A stretch of DNA of 55,434 nt from a virus (taxonomy: Duplodnaviria > Caudoviricetes): IMG/VR virus record IMGVR_UViG_3300025769_000146, positions 1 to 55,434 of that record; one strand, given 5' to 3'. A program made the position numbers and the translations under genes. Of this stretch, positions 26,443 to 35,760 are shown piece after piece; positions within the stretch are counted from its first letter, which is position 1, and every line of letters begins with the position of its first letter. The notes beneath the pieces were generated by a model that saw only the letters and a list, made by a program, of their open reading frames with translations, was not told the origin of the DNA and did no database searches.

Positions 26443-26738
26443 TAGTTCATCTGGGTCATATTAGGAGGTTGATCACCCTGGCTCGTTGCAATCCATTCCG
26501 CCTCGTGGTCATCAAGGATATTCTGCATGATCGCGATATATGTCTCCAACGCGGGGCACGTCACCTCTGGAGGCAATAACAGAAAGTCAGCGTCCAGTTC
26601 AATGGCACTTACGAATTCGTCGTCACCCACCTTCTGTAGCCCTAGAATGCCGACGATCTCGAAATTCTTACCCATCCTCATTGGCGTCTCCGCAGCGATA
26701 ACCCAGGGTGTCAGTCTCCACATAGACTCCAACATCAC
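26442..26738 (-). CDS. Hypothetical protein (start uncertain)
   Basis: ORF within the leftward operon. Confidence 0.5.
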   Translation of the reverse strand: MMLESMWRLTPWVIAAETPMRMGKNFEIVGILGLQKVGDDEFVSAIELDADFLLLPPEVTCPALETYIAIMQNILDDHEAEWIATSQGDQPPNMTQMN

Positions 26739-27075
26739 TGAGTAAGGAAATGACCTCTTCTCTCACAGTATGCCGCCGGGGGTTGTCAACGTCAAAAATG
26801 ACTTCTGCGGCTTGGCGGCGTAACTCGTACTCAATGTGGCAAAACCTGACCTCTCCACGCTCGTAACCCCAATCGATCCCATGTGACTTGAGGATTTCAT
26901 TGGCGCTGTTGGTCGGAGGCCACTCGTTCTTTTGTAGCGAGTCTTTTTCTTTGTCGCGGTTCAGAAACACATTCGCCCCAATCCAGTAAGGAAGGGCCGC
27001 TCTGATCGCGAGCACCTCACGCGCAATGAGGCGCGGCAAGCGGTAGAACTGATACAGAACTTCTTCTCGTATCAC
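26668..27075 (-). CDS. Hypothetical protein
   Basis: ORF with AGGTAGG RBS at the head of the leftward operon. Confidence 0.6.
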   Translation of the reverse strand: MIREEVLYQFYRLPRLIAREVLAIRAALPYWIGANVFLNRDKEKDSLQKNEWPPTNSANEILKSHGIDWGYERGEVRFCHIEYELRRQAAEVIFDVDNPRRHTVREEVISLLSDVGVYVETDTLGYRCGDANEDG

Positions 27076-27464
27076 CTACCTGACTCCCGCTGGGAAATTT
27101 GTGGCGGCTGTGAACTGTCACAATTCGAGCAATCTGTTTCTCGGAGCCAGATGCTGCAACCATACGTTCCCACATCCGGCTGAGTAGTTGGACTCGGAGG
27201 GTTAAGGCAAAAGGCAGAATGACTTCTGATGTTTATTCGCTCATAAGGATTTCGCCGCGAAAAATATTGACACCTCACGCCACACGAAGTCCTAAAAAAC
27301 TGTACAGCAATCGCCGTACTAATAAGCGCAAAGCCGGGGGGCGTTTTTGAGGGCGCGTTTCAACGCCGCTCGAGGGTTTGGGGTGTGTTCGGGTTTCGGG
27401 TGCTGTTCGGGGTCAGAGCCAGCCCGTCTCTCGCATTGTTCCCGATAAGGATTCAGGGCAACGG

Positions 27465-27494
27465 TTGACGATCAGGCGGTGCTTGGTTTAAGCT
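27465..27494 (+). promoter_or_regulatory. Putative sigma70 promoter of the rightward early-type genes
   Basis: TTGACG-N18-TAAGCT in a divergent intergenic region. Confidence 0.45.
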
Positions 27495-27556
27495 TTTCGC
27501 CCCGGTTCAATCCATGCGGGATGGAATCCGGCTTACACATTCTGGTAGGAGGGACT

Positions 27557-27790
27557 ATGAAAGTCCTATCAAAAGGGCGGGCCGTTCGGCTGCATCCGTC
27601 CATTGACCTCGACACCCTTTTCGCCGCCGTCGAGGAATCCCAGGTCGGCCTGACCGACGAAGGTTTTTGCATTGCTTGCGGGGCGAGCCGTTACCAGGTC
27701 GAGCCGGATGCGAGAAACTACCCGTGCGACACTTGCGGGGCGGATGAGGTCTTCGGGGCCGAAGAAATTCTTATGGAGGTGGCGGGATGA
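27557..27790 (+). CDS. Small Zn-ribbon protein
   Basis: GGAGGG RBS; GFCIACGA...VEPDARNYPCDTCGADEVFGAEE. Confidence 0.75.
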   Translation: MKVLSKGRAVRLHPSIDLDTLFAAVEESQVGLTDEGFCIACGASRYQVEPDARNYPCDTCGADEVFGAEEILMEVAG

Positions 27791-28035
27791 ATCGCAACGG
27801 CAAGGCACTACGGACCCTCGACGCCGGGGACAAGCGGCGCGTGTACGATGCTCGCAACGCATGGCGGAAAATGACCCCAGCACAACGTGCGGACGTTCTC
27901 TCCTGGATCATGTCCGACGCGGATCACAACCTGGTCGAGTGGGAGGGCACGGACGCTATCGTCACGAAAGTCGGGCTCAACGTTGAGACAGGCACCGGCC
28001 CAGGTCGCGCCTGGATCATGGGGGAGGTGCTCTGA
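27787..28035 (+). CDS. Hypothetical early protein
   Basis: GGAGGT RBS, ATGA overlap. Confidence 0.65.
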   Translation: MNRNGKALRTLDAGDKRRVYDARNAWRKMTPAQRADVLSWIMSDADHNLVEWEGTDAIVTKVGLNVETGTGPGRAWIMGEVL

Positions 28036-28259
28036 TGGAGATTCGTGTTGTGGTCGCCCTACTCGACAGCGACGGGACGGTCGTTTATGACGCCGTTTGT
28101 CTTGACAATGTCGAGGTCGAATTCGACCCAGAAGACGGGGCCTTTTACGCGGCGAGTGTGTCGCCAGGGTTTTCCGGCGATGTTGATGCCGCCATCGATG
28201 AGGCTTTGAGCGAGTGTGAGCAACTGTTGCCGTATGACACGAAGGGGGAGGCACGATGA
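28035..28259 (+). CDS. Small acidic hypothetical protein
   Basis: GGAGGT RBS, TGATG overlap; very acidic. Confidence 0.65.
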   Translation: MEIRVVVALLDSDGTVVYDAVCLDNVEVEFDPEDGAFYAASVSPGFSGDVDAAIDEALSECEQLLPYDTKGEAR

Positions 28260-28549
28260 CGGGCACAAGCAAGGCGCATGAATGGTGCCGCGCTCACGGG
28301 CTCCATGACGGCCAGGAGTGGCGCAGTTTGGAGGCCGCTATACGGCGCGAGGTGGACTGCAACGCATCGGAGGTCCACCCGTGCCGGTGGGCGCTGATTG
28401 GACCGGAGGGCGCCCGCGAGGAGCACCCCGGCATCGTCTGCCTGTCCGACTACTCTGGGGTATTGATGACCGAGTCATGGTGGGACGTTATCGCTGACGG
28501 CACTACTCCAGCCGTCTGGCCTGACGGACGGGTCGAAGGACCGATCTGA
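28256..28549 (+). CDS. Hypothetical early protein
   Basis: GGAGG RBS, ATGA overlap. Confidence 0.6.
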   Translation: MTGTSKAHEWCRAHGLHDGQEWRSLEAAIRREVDCNASEVHPCRWALIGPEGAREEHPGIVCLSDYSGVLMTESWWDVIADGTTPAVWPDGRVEGPI

Positions 28550-28550
28550 T

Positions 28551-28820
28551 ATGAGACACGCCAAAACCAACGGAGCGACGATGGAGCTTTTCACGAACGC
28601 GCCCGCCGCATACGACTATCACTATGTTATGGAACTGGAGGCCCGTCGCTGTCCGTTCACGGGCGATACGGTGCGCCGCCTCCAGGTCGCGATCGGGTGC
28701 GACCGTATGGTCGCCGACGCCCAGGCTCCCCGGTATCGGTCGGGCCTGTACTGGGTGACATGGGGGGATGACTTCTGGCCTTATAAGACGCCTTGGGGCG
28801 AAATGGAGGTGGCACGATGA
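28551..28820 (+). CDS. Hypothetical early protein
   Basis: Adjacent ORF within the operon. Confidence 0.6.
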   Translation: MRHAKTNGATMELFTNAPAAYDYHYVMELEARRCPFTGDTVRRLQVAIGCDRMVADAQAPRYRSGLYWVTWGDDFWPYKTPWGEMEVAR

Positions 28821-29068
28821 AAGGTGATTTCGTACTGCGGATCTCGACGGACAACGCAGCTTTTCAGGACGTTGATCCAGAAGCGGGTGGGGTTTCCGCC
28901 AAGGATCAAGAAGTCTCCTGGATTCTCGACCTGGTAGCGTCTGAGCTATCACAACGGGGCCTGGGTGAGGACGAGTGCATCCGGCTCCGCGATAGCAACG
29001 GGAACAAGGTCGGGGAGGCGTTTTACTGGTCACACGAAGGTGACGCAGAGGAGGACTCATGTCGGTAA
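28817..29068 (+). CDS. Hypothetical early protein
   Basis: GGAGGT RBS; ISTDNAAF...LRDSNGNKVG motif typical of small phage proteins. Confidence 0.7.
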   Translation: MKGDFVLRISTDNAAFQDVDPEAGGVSAKDQEVSWILDLVASELSQRGLGEDECIRLRDSNGNKVGEAFYWSHEGDAEEDSCR

Positions 29069-29298
29069 GCTTGGTCGGGCGCGTAATCGTGGAGGTCCGC
29101 CCCATGAGTCGGGAGGAAGTCGAGGCAGAGGGTTGGGACGATCACTCGACCGCGGCCATGGTGTTACTGCTGGACGATGGGACGATCCTTTACCCGTCGA
29201 GGGATGAAGAGGGCAACGGCCCTGGGGCGCTTTTCGGTGTCGAGGCGAACGGCGGCGCATTCGGGCTCTTCTCTGGGATGGTACAGCTATGGCTATGA
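29059..29298 (+). CDS. Hypothetical early protein
   Basis: GAGGAGG RBS; LVGRVIVEVRPMSREE...SRDEEGNGPGALF. Confidence 0.7.
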   Translation: MSVSLVGRVIVEVRPMSREEVEAEGWDDHSTAAMVLLLDDGTILYPSRDEEGNGPGALFGVEANGGAFGLFSGMVQLWL

Positions 29299-29486
29299 CG
29301 ATCCGAGCCGCAACCCGACGTGACGAAGACGGGAGGCCCTTACATGAATCATGGAAGCCCATCGTTCTCATGCTCGACCAAGCGCACCTCAGTCTGACCA
29401 TTGACGAGGCGCGACGGATCCACGAAGTGCTGGAGATCGCTATGAGCCGCCACGATAATGACGAGGAATACCATGACAACCGATAA
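29289..29486 (+). CDS. Hypothetical protein
   Basis: Overlapping ORF within the operon. Confidence 0.5.
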   Translation: MAMTIRAATRRDEDGRPLHESWKPIVLMLDQAHLSLTIDEARRIHEVLEIAMSRHDNDEEYHDNR

Positions 29487-29850
29487 GCCGGACGCTATCT
29501 GGTGGACCAATAACACCTCCCAGGACCGCTTAGGGGTGCCGGTGCTAGTCCAGGAGACGCGCCGCGCCTACGGCAACCTTCAGGCACGGATCACGCCGCT
29601 TGGGGGTCAGGGGTCCGTGTGGGTCAGCTTTCACAAGCTTGAGCAGTTCGACCCCGACGCGATATGGAAGGCGGGGGCCAACGATACACGGGTGCCGTGT
29701 GACGAGTGTGGGTTCGCGATTCGCCCAGGTGTCACGCACTACCAAACACGCGACGGCGTGACGCATCACTGTATCACGTGTCATCCGTTGGGTAGGCGTT
29801 GGCAGGTAGACGGGGACTCTGAAGATCTGGAGGCGATCCGAGGGTACTAG
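29473..29850 (+). CDS. Hypothetical protein with CxxC...CxxC Zn site
   Basis: GAGGA RBS; CDEC...CITCH. Confidence 0.6.
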   Translation: MTTDKPDAIWWTNNTSQDRLGVPVLVQETRRAYGNLQARITPLGGQGSVWVSFHKLEQFDPDAIWKAGANDTRVPCDECGFAIRPGVTHYQTRDGVTHHCITCHPLGRRWQVDGDSEDLEAIRGY

Positions 29851-29864
29851 GCCCGTTGGCTCCC

Positions 29865-29910
29865 AGCCCCCCGGCCCCTCCGTCGATGTTTTCGGCGGGG
29901 GGGCTTTCTG
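29865..29910 (+). terminator. Intrinsic terminator
   Basis: AGCCCCCC...GGGGGGCT followed by TTCTGTT after the operon. Confidence 0.55.
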
Positions 29911-30457
29911 TTGCTTGGCGGGTTCCGTGTAGAGGCTTTAGGCGTCCCGCTGTAGAAGAGCCCGAGGGTAACCAAACTCGCGGCGCACTCCTCCATGCCC
30001 TTGCGGCTCGTTTTCGGCTTAAAAAACCATGAGGCCGACGGATCTCACGCCCCCTCATATACCTGGAGCTCCGCGTTGGTAGGTACGTTTTTTCCTTGCC
30101 GAACCCAACGCGCTGGGCTCAAAAAATTGTACAGGTCGAGCCCGTACTACGCGCCCGCGCTCGCGTCGAGTAGCATGGCAAAAGGCGCGGCGGAATGGGT
30201 CGATTCCAGCCCCGCCGGATCGCGCCGGATCGCGCCAGGTTTCCCCATTAGCCGCACGAAAAAAGCGCCACCCATACGTTGGGCGCCGCCGCTTGTGTCC
30301 GTTCGCCGGAATTGTCGGTCATAGGGTAACGCAATCCGGGGCCGCGTAAAGGTGGCCGCAATATAAGGCCCTTGCGCCCGTTCTTTTTCGCGTTTATGAA
30401 TGCTGCACAATTCATACGGCGCCATTGCGGGGCGCCAAACCAATGGGGAGCGAAACA

Positions 30458-30754
30458 ATGCTTTACGGAATCATCCGCCGCTTTTCTGGCGAGCGCGCGA
30501 CGCGGACCGTTACAGATCTGCGGACGGGGCGCGCACAAGCCCCGAACCATGGCGGGCGCCTTGCCGCTCGCGCTTCCGACGTTCGGATCGGACGCGGTAT
30601 CGTTCGGGCAATGGATGGGGCCCGCCGCGCGGGGCGGATCGCCCGCCGCCTGGAGTCCGCTCACGCAGATTCTTTCGGCGTTCTCCTGATCGACGCCGAT
30701 AAATGGGCTACGGTTCGTCCTGACGGTGGGCGCTTTCTTTGGAGTGGCGAATAA
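30458..30754 (+). CDS. Arg-rich hypothetical protein
   Basis: GGGGAG RBS; TAATG overlap with the next gene. Confidence 0.55.
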   Translation: MLYGIIRRFSGERATRTVTDLRTGRAQAPNHGGRLAARASDVRIGRGIVRAMDGARRAGRIARRLESAHADSFGVLLIDADKWATVRPDGGRFLWSGE

Positions 30755-31146
30755 TGGCCGGCGCGCCGATCGTCCGCATCCACCGTAATCTTCACAATGC
30801 CAAGCGCGGCGGCCCACAATGGACGCGGACGGAGCGCGGGAAGGTCGTGGAATACTTGGACGCTGTCGCGCTTCGTGACGTTTCTACGCGCGTTCGCCCC
30901 GGAGGGGTGCGTCGGTGCCAGGACCGTGGCGTACGTGAAGTGTGCGCGTTTTTTGACGGGCAGCGCATCGATCCGACCGACCTTCCAACGTCGGAACCTG
31001 AGGCCGCAGTACGTTTCGACCCTCGCGTCGATTCGCAATTTTACGCGGCGGGCTTCGACGTTCCTGGCTCGCGCTTTCCTTTTTCGCGGGCGGATTTTAT
31101 CGCTCTAACGCATTCCGGGCGCGCCTACGTTTGGGGGGCGGAATGA
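30754..31146 (+). CDS. Conserved-type phage early protein
   Basis: VRIHRNLH...VALRDV...REVCAFFDG...VRFDP pattern seen in phage early proteins. Confidence 0.7.
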   Translation: MAGAPIVRIHRNLHNAKRGGPQWTRTERGKVVEYLDAVALRDVSTRVRPGGVRRCQDRGVREVCAFFDGQRIDPTDLPTSEPEAAVRFDPRVDSQFYAAGFDVPGSRFPFSRADFIALTHSGRAYVWGAE

Positions 31147-31886
31147 GGGCGTCGGGCGTAGTGCTTTGGTCCGGGCTTTCGCGTATCACAAGCGGGGCGA
31201 AAAGCGGCGCGCGTATTGTGGCCGTCGCGACGTTTAAAACGAGCAACCGGAAAACGGGAAAAGGCGATGCGCGCCGTACGTTGGGCGCCTTGGCTCAAAC
31301 GTGGATACTTCTCGAAAGCGTGAGCCCCGTTGAAGCTGTACGGCGGGCCATGGATGTCCACATATGCGGCGCTTGTGTCCATCGGGGGAACGCGAAAGCG
31401 GGGCGCCGACGTTCGTGCTATGTGAACGTGGGACAAGCGCCCGCCGCCGTTTGGAAAGCTTACAAGGCGGGGCGCTACGCGACGGAATGGACGCCCGAAA
31501 TGTTTCGGGGCGTCAAAATACGTTTAGGCGCCTACGGTGACCCCGCCGCCGTTCCGGCGCACATATGGGCGGACGTCCTACGCTACTCCGCCGGACATAC
31601 GGGCTACTCGCACCAATGGCGGAACCCTAGGCTCCGTGACGTTCTGCAGTGGTGCCAGGCTTCGACAGATAGCGCCGACGACGTCGCGCGCGTTCGGGCG
31701 CTTCCCGTTATCGGGCAGACTGCCGGAAGCTTTCGCGTGCTTCGCGATGGGGAAAGCTTGCTACCTGGGGAATTCTATTGCCCGTCAGAAACCGGCGTAA
31801 CGTGCGCGGAGTGCATGGCGTGCGACGGATCGGGCGCGCTTGTCGCAATCTCCGCCCATGGATCGGGGGCCAAGAATTATGCGTAG
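31143..31886 (+). CDS. GP88-like Cys-rich (putative Fe-S) protein
   Basis: SNRKTG, CGACVHR, CYV, RLGAYGDP, TGYSHQW, ASTDS, CP...CAECMAC and AHG. Confidence 0.7.
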   Translation: MRASGVVLWSGLSRITSGAKSGARIVAVATFKTSNRKTGKGDARRTLGALAQTWILLESVSPVEAVRRAMDVHICGACVHRGNAKAGRRRSCYVNVGQAPAAVWKAYKAGRYATEWTPEMFRGVKIRLGAYGDPAAVPAHIWADVLRYSAGHTGYSHQWRNPRLRDVLQWCQASTDSADDVARVRALPVIGQTAGSFRVLRDGESLLPGEFYCPSETGVTCAECMACDGSGALVAISAHGSGAKNYA

Positions 31887-32058
31887 CGCAAACGAAGTAC
31901 CCGCCCGCATCCGGCGGGGCGTAGTGGCCGCGATCCGCGTCGGTCGGTATTCGGTCGCTGTCGCAATGGTGCGCGCGTGGGCGCAGACGGACGGACGGAC
32001 GGCGCGCCGCATTGTGGGCGCGATTGCCAGGGATGCATTGCCGGGGCGCATAGCGTAA
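31879..32058 (+). CDS. Small basic hypothetical protein
   Basis: Overlapping ORF before the terminator. Confidence 0.45.
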   Translation: MRSANEVPARIRRGVVAAIRVGRYSVAVAMVRAWAQTDGRTARRIVGAIARDALPGRIA

Positions 32059-32081
32059 GCCCACGCGAACGCCGCCGCGCG

Positions 32082-32124
32082 AAGCCCCGCCGGATGCAGT
32101 CTAAACCGGCGGGGCTTTCGTTTA
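32082..32124 (+). terminator. Intrinsic terminator
   Basis: 12-bp stem AAGCCCCGCCGG / CCGGCGGGGCTT followed by TCGTTT. Confidence 0.7.
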
Positions 32125-32284
32125 TGCTGGATTCAACACCGCAGACTACCCGAAATAGTCCCCAGGCGCTCGAATTGCGCCCCTAACGCCCAGCGGACCT
32201 TTAGGGGTATCAACATACCTTTCGCCGCGCCGTGGCCGTTAGACGGCCCTCGAGACTCCGTAGCGTGGAAGCTTGGCGCGATAG

Positions 32285-32620
32285 GCGCGCCGCAATGGGA
32301 CGGCGGCGGGCAATGGGACGCGAACGCGCGAGCGGCGGACGCCCGAAATGGGCGCGCCGCACCCTACGGCGGCGGAGAACGGCGGCGGACGGCGGCGGGG
32401 ATGATGTCGGAAGCTTCGCCCGTACTAGACGGGCTCCGAGCGCCTAGAGCGATGCCATGGACTCGCCCCACGCGCCCCGATAGACGCCCGATAGGCGCCC
32501 CGATAGACCAAACGCGCGAACCCCGCAGACGCACCGGGGCGGGGGTTTTCGAGACGCGCGGACGGGGGGGGTAGCCCCCTCATCTTTGTCGCGCATTTCG
32601 TAGCCAGAGTTTTTTCCCTA
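32285..32620. repeat. Repeat-rich non-coding block, candidate cos/packaging terminus
   Basis: GCAATGGGACG x2, CCCGATAG x3 (32476, 32487, 32499), G8-TAG-C5 run and T tract, just upstream of the terminase genes. Confidence 0.5.
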
Positions 32621-32763
32621 GCTTCCTCGTTCTGTTAGGACGTTTTCACTTCATGGAGGCGTGATGATTTCTGTAACTGCTGGCTCCCCTGGTCTGATCA
32701 TCTTGGGCCTCTGGGTTTGCCCGACTCTCCCGTACCTGACCACCCTTTCGGTCACCCAGACGT

Positions 32764-33519
32764 ATGGGTAACTACAACTCGCTCGACACCTACCGGACTG
32801 ATCCTACGGGTCGTTTGAACCTGTATGACTCGTCGGCGGTGCCTTCCATTGAGGAGGCTGTTGACCAGGTATACGAGTACGTCCAATTCCGCGCCAACGA
32901 ACTAGGTCTGAGCATCAAGAAGAATCGTGGGGTGCCCAAGAAGGCAAACCCCGCGAATATGCTCACCGACCAAGAAAAGGCGTTGTACATCTTGGGCCGC
33001 GCTACAGGTGTTGCGTACAAAGAAATCTTGGCCCGCGTCCAGGCTCTCCGTGAGTCGGAGGGTCGTGAGTTGGGTGACTCGCGTTCGTTCTTCACAGCGG
33101 GCGAACGGGTGTTGGCTCGTCATCGCCCTATCGTCCAAGCCATCCAAGCTGATTTGATTGCTGCTGCGGAGGCTTTCTCCCCCTTGGTGGGTGGTGCCCA
33201 ACGCTTCTCTTGGCGCGCCCAGATGCTAGAGCACTATCGCCAGCGCATGATTGAGATCAGCAACGACAAGTCGCTCGAGGATCGCGAGCGCGATGATGCG
33301 ATGCGGCTGATCGATATTGCCATGCGCCCTCATCTCAAGTGGTTCGACTCGCTTAATGTGAGCCGTGATATGATGGGCAAGTTGGCAAATCCATCTGAAC
33401 GCGCAGCAGAGCAATCACAACGTAAGGCTGAAGCTGAGATCCAGGCTGATTTTGCGTCTGGCACCATCACTGATTCGGAGCGTATCTCGCGTCTCCGCAA
33501 ACTTCGTCATGGAGATTAA
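32764..33519 (+). CDS. Candidate terminase small subunit
   Basis: Helical, charged 251-aa protein heading the packaging operon; position only. Confidence 0.45.
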   Translation: MGNYNSLDTYRTDPTGRLNLYDSSAVPSIEEAVDQVYEYVQFRANELGLSIKKNRGVPKKANPANMLTDQEKALYILGRATGVAYKEILARVQALRESEGRELGDSRSFFTAGERVLARHRPIVQAIQADLIAAAEAFSPLVGGAQRFSWRAQMLEHYRQRMIEISNDKSLEDRERDDAMRLIDIAMRPHLKWFDSLNVSRDMMGKLANPSERAAEQSQRKAEAEIQADFASGTITDSERISRLRKLRHGD

Positions 33520-33522
33520 CCT

Positions 33523-33867
33523 GTGAGTTTGCCTTCCTATGCCGACGTATGGCGCAACAACAGTCTCCGGTTGCGTATGGGCCTCCAGCTTCACAATAAC
33601 CGTCTATACCCTATGAGTTTGTCGTCGGACAACGACATTCAAACGCTCTGCGCCAAGTGTCGCCGTTATTTGACGGTTTTCCCTCGCCTCTCGACTGATC
33701 CTGGTCCGAAACCCGCAGAAATGTTTTCAGCTTTTGCTGCCGATTTCTCTGATCTTGCTTCGGAGCTTACTGCATACGCGCAAGCTTACGAAAACGCTCG
33801 TCGTATTGAGCGTCTGTCTTCTGGTGCGTCTCCTCTCGACCCCATCGACCATCTCCCTGGAGATTAA
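33523..33867 (+). CDS. Hypothetical protein
   Basis: GGAG RBS with GTG start. Confidence 0.55.
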   Translation: MSLPSYADVWRNNSLRLRMGLQLHNNRLYPMSLSSDNDIQTLCAKCRRYLTVFPRLSTDPGPKPAEMFSAFAADFSDLASELTAYAQAYENARRIERLSSGASPLDPIDHLPGD

Positions 33868-33870
33868 TCT

Positions 33871-34029
33871 GTGTCTTCGATCCACACCCCTCTCCCTGAA
33901 GTGTATGAGCGTGTCGCCCGTATGGAATTCCTCTCCCGTCTCGACCTGCTCAGTCGTCGGCTTGAGGTTCTGGATGCCACGCTCGTAAGGCTCCACACGG
34001 CACTTCAAGCGAAGGACTCGCCATCGTGA
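33871..34029 (+). CDS. Small coiled-coil protein (52 aa)
   Basis: Read by hand: same GGAGATTAAxCTGTG start context as 33523; GTGA overlap with terL. Confidence 0.5.
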   Translation: MSSIHTPLPEVYERVARMEFLSRLDLLSRRLEVLDATLVRLHTALQAKDSPS

Positions 34030-35735
34030 GCCGCCCCTCGTTCCATGAATGGTTGTTCGTCAACGTCGATTGGCGCATCAGTTCAGGAGCGATGAAGGGT
34101 CAGCGATACACGTTTGACGCTTTCCCTTGTATTGAGGCTCTCGTTCGCGACGATTCTCACGAACAGGTCGTGATGAAGTCGGCCCAGATGGCTCTTTCCG
34201 AACAGTACACTCTTCAGCGTCCGCTCTACCACCTAGATGTCCATGGCAGAAACTGGGGCATCATGTTTCCGACCCAGGCGACGATGCGAAACTTCTACAA
34301 GTCTCGTATCCAAGGTGCGCTGGCTGCGAACCCTATCATCAATGGTCAGACGCTTCGTGCGAACGAGGACTCCATCGATGTGTTTGGTCGGTCGTTATAC
34401 CTCCGGTACACGACGAGTGAGGGTGCTATCGCGACCTTCGACGCGGACGGGATCACGATTGACGAGGCTGACATCCACAATCCCGACACTTTGTACGGTG
34501 CAAAGACGAGTCGTCGCCAGGGAGCGATGGGTAAGACCTTCTGGTACGAGATTTCGACCCCAACGTACCCCAACCATGGCGTCCATCTGAGCTTTGCGAA
34601 CTCTGACCAGCACATTTGGCTCATCAAGTGTGCCGGATGCGGCTCAGAGAACGATTTAACGTCTCAAATCGGGCCTTATGACGCTTCTGACGCCGATAAA
34701 TTCTTCCGTGAGTACCTTTCGGAGTCCGCTTTTCCCGATTCTCGCGATTTTGCGATTCCGTGTGTGAAATGTGGGAAAGCATTGGACCTCGTTACCCCTC
34801 TGGACCCCGCAAACCCCTCTTTTGGCGGCGGCAGATGGGTTCCGCGCTACGAAGATCGTGATACTCGCGGCTACCACATCCAAATCTTCCAAAGATTGTA
34901 CGAGGGTGGCTCCCCAGCGGTGTTGGCGCGTATTCGGGAGAGCCTTTTGGGGGCTCGCAAGACTCAACACGTTCGGCGTTGGTGGAATTTCACGATTGGC
35001 GTCCCCTACGTCCCCGCAGAGGGTCGCCTAACGGATGCCGACCTCGCTATGGCGACGACGAACGATTATCGCGAGTGGTCGCCTCTATACGGTCGGACGA
35101 TGTTCGGCTTGGCGGGTGAACACGCCGATTGGATGGGTGTTGATGTGCGGGAAGGTCAATACCATGTGTTTTGCCTCAAACGCCTCACAGATGGCACAAA
35201 GATCGTGAGTGCGGTCGGCTGGGTGCCCACCTCGACTGATTTGCGGGCTCTCTGGGATCGTCTAGGTCGCCCTCATTTCATCATGGACTCTGAGCCTGAC
35301 CTGAACGAGTCTCGCACCCTTGTCAGTGCGATGGGTCGTCGTGCCCACCGTGGCAAGTTCTCTCAGAAGCTCGGTGCGCTCTGGGCTATTGGTTCCGACA
35401 AGAACATGGTGGTCGTAAAACGTCCTGCCGTCATGGAGTCGGTCAAAGCGGAGGTGCTCGAGGGTAGCTGGGTCGTACCCTCAGAAGCCTGGGATGTTGG
35501 TGCGGGCATCGTTAAGCGAAAAGGCTCGACCGAAGAAGAGGAGACTCTCTCCCGCCATTTCAAGGCTCCGACGATGGTCGAGGTCGAGGTGTCGTCAACG
35601 GGTGCGATTACCTACGACTTCCCTAAGTCTGCTATGGGCGGTGTTGATCCCCACTACTACATGGCGGCGTGTCTTGCCTGGGTAGCTGCGGACATGAAAT
35701 CCGCGCCCGCTTTTAGGCTAAGAGTCCCTCGATAG
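34026..35735 (+). CDS. terL: Terminase large subunit, lambda gpA-like
   Basis: VVMKSAQMALSE (Walker A variant), IDEAD, ISTPT, CAGC...CVKC and nuclease MGVDV. Confidence 0.9.
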   Translation: MSRPSFHEWLFVNVDWRISSGAMKGQRYTFDAFPCIEALVRDDSHEQVVMKSAQMALSEQYTLQRPLYHLDVHGRNWGIMFPTQATMRNFYKSRIQGALAANPIINGQTLRANEDSIDVFGRSLYLRYTTSEGAIATFDADGITIDEADIHNPDTLYGAKTSRRQGAMGKTFWYEISTPTYPNHGVHLSFANSDQHIWLIKCAGCGSENDLTSQIGPYDASDADKFFREYLSESAFPDSRDFAIPCVKCGKALDLVTPLDPANPSFGGGRWVPRYEDRDTRGYHIQIFQRLYEGGSPAVLARIRESLLGARKTQHVRRWWNFTIGVPYVPAEGRLTDADLAMATTNDYREWSPLYGRTMFGLAGEHADWMGVDVREGQYHVFCLKRLTDGTKIVSAVGWVPTSTDLRALWDRLGRPHFIMDSEPDLNESRTLVSAMGRRAHRGKFSQKLGALWAIGSDKNMVVVKRPAVMESVKAEVLEGSWVVPSEAWDVGAGIVKRKGSTEEEETLSRHFKAPTMVEVEVSSTGAITYDFPKSAMGGVDPHYYMAACLAWVAADMKSAPAFRLRVPR

Positions 35736-35760
35736 AGTTGGGCCTGTAGACGGAAGAGTC

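Noticed and set aside
27072-27278. 68-aa minus-strand ORF
   Set aside because: Lies in the divergent promoter region with atypical composition and no clear RBS.
29995-30460. Several overlapping ORFs on both strands
   Set aside because: GC-rich, stop-poor intergenic DNA without RBS; only the ORF starting at 30458 is supported by an RBS and coupling.
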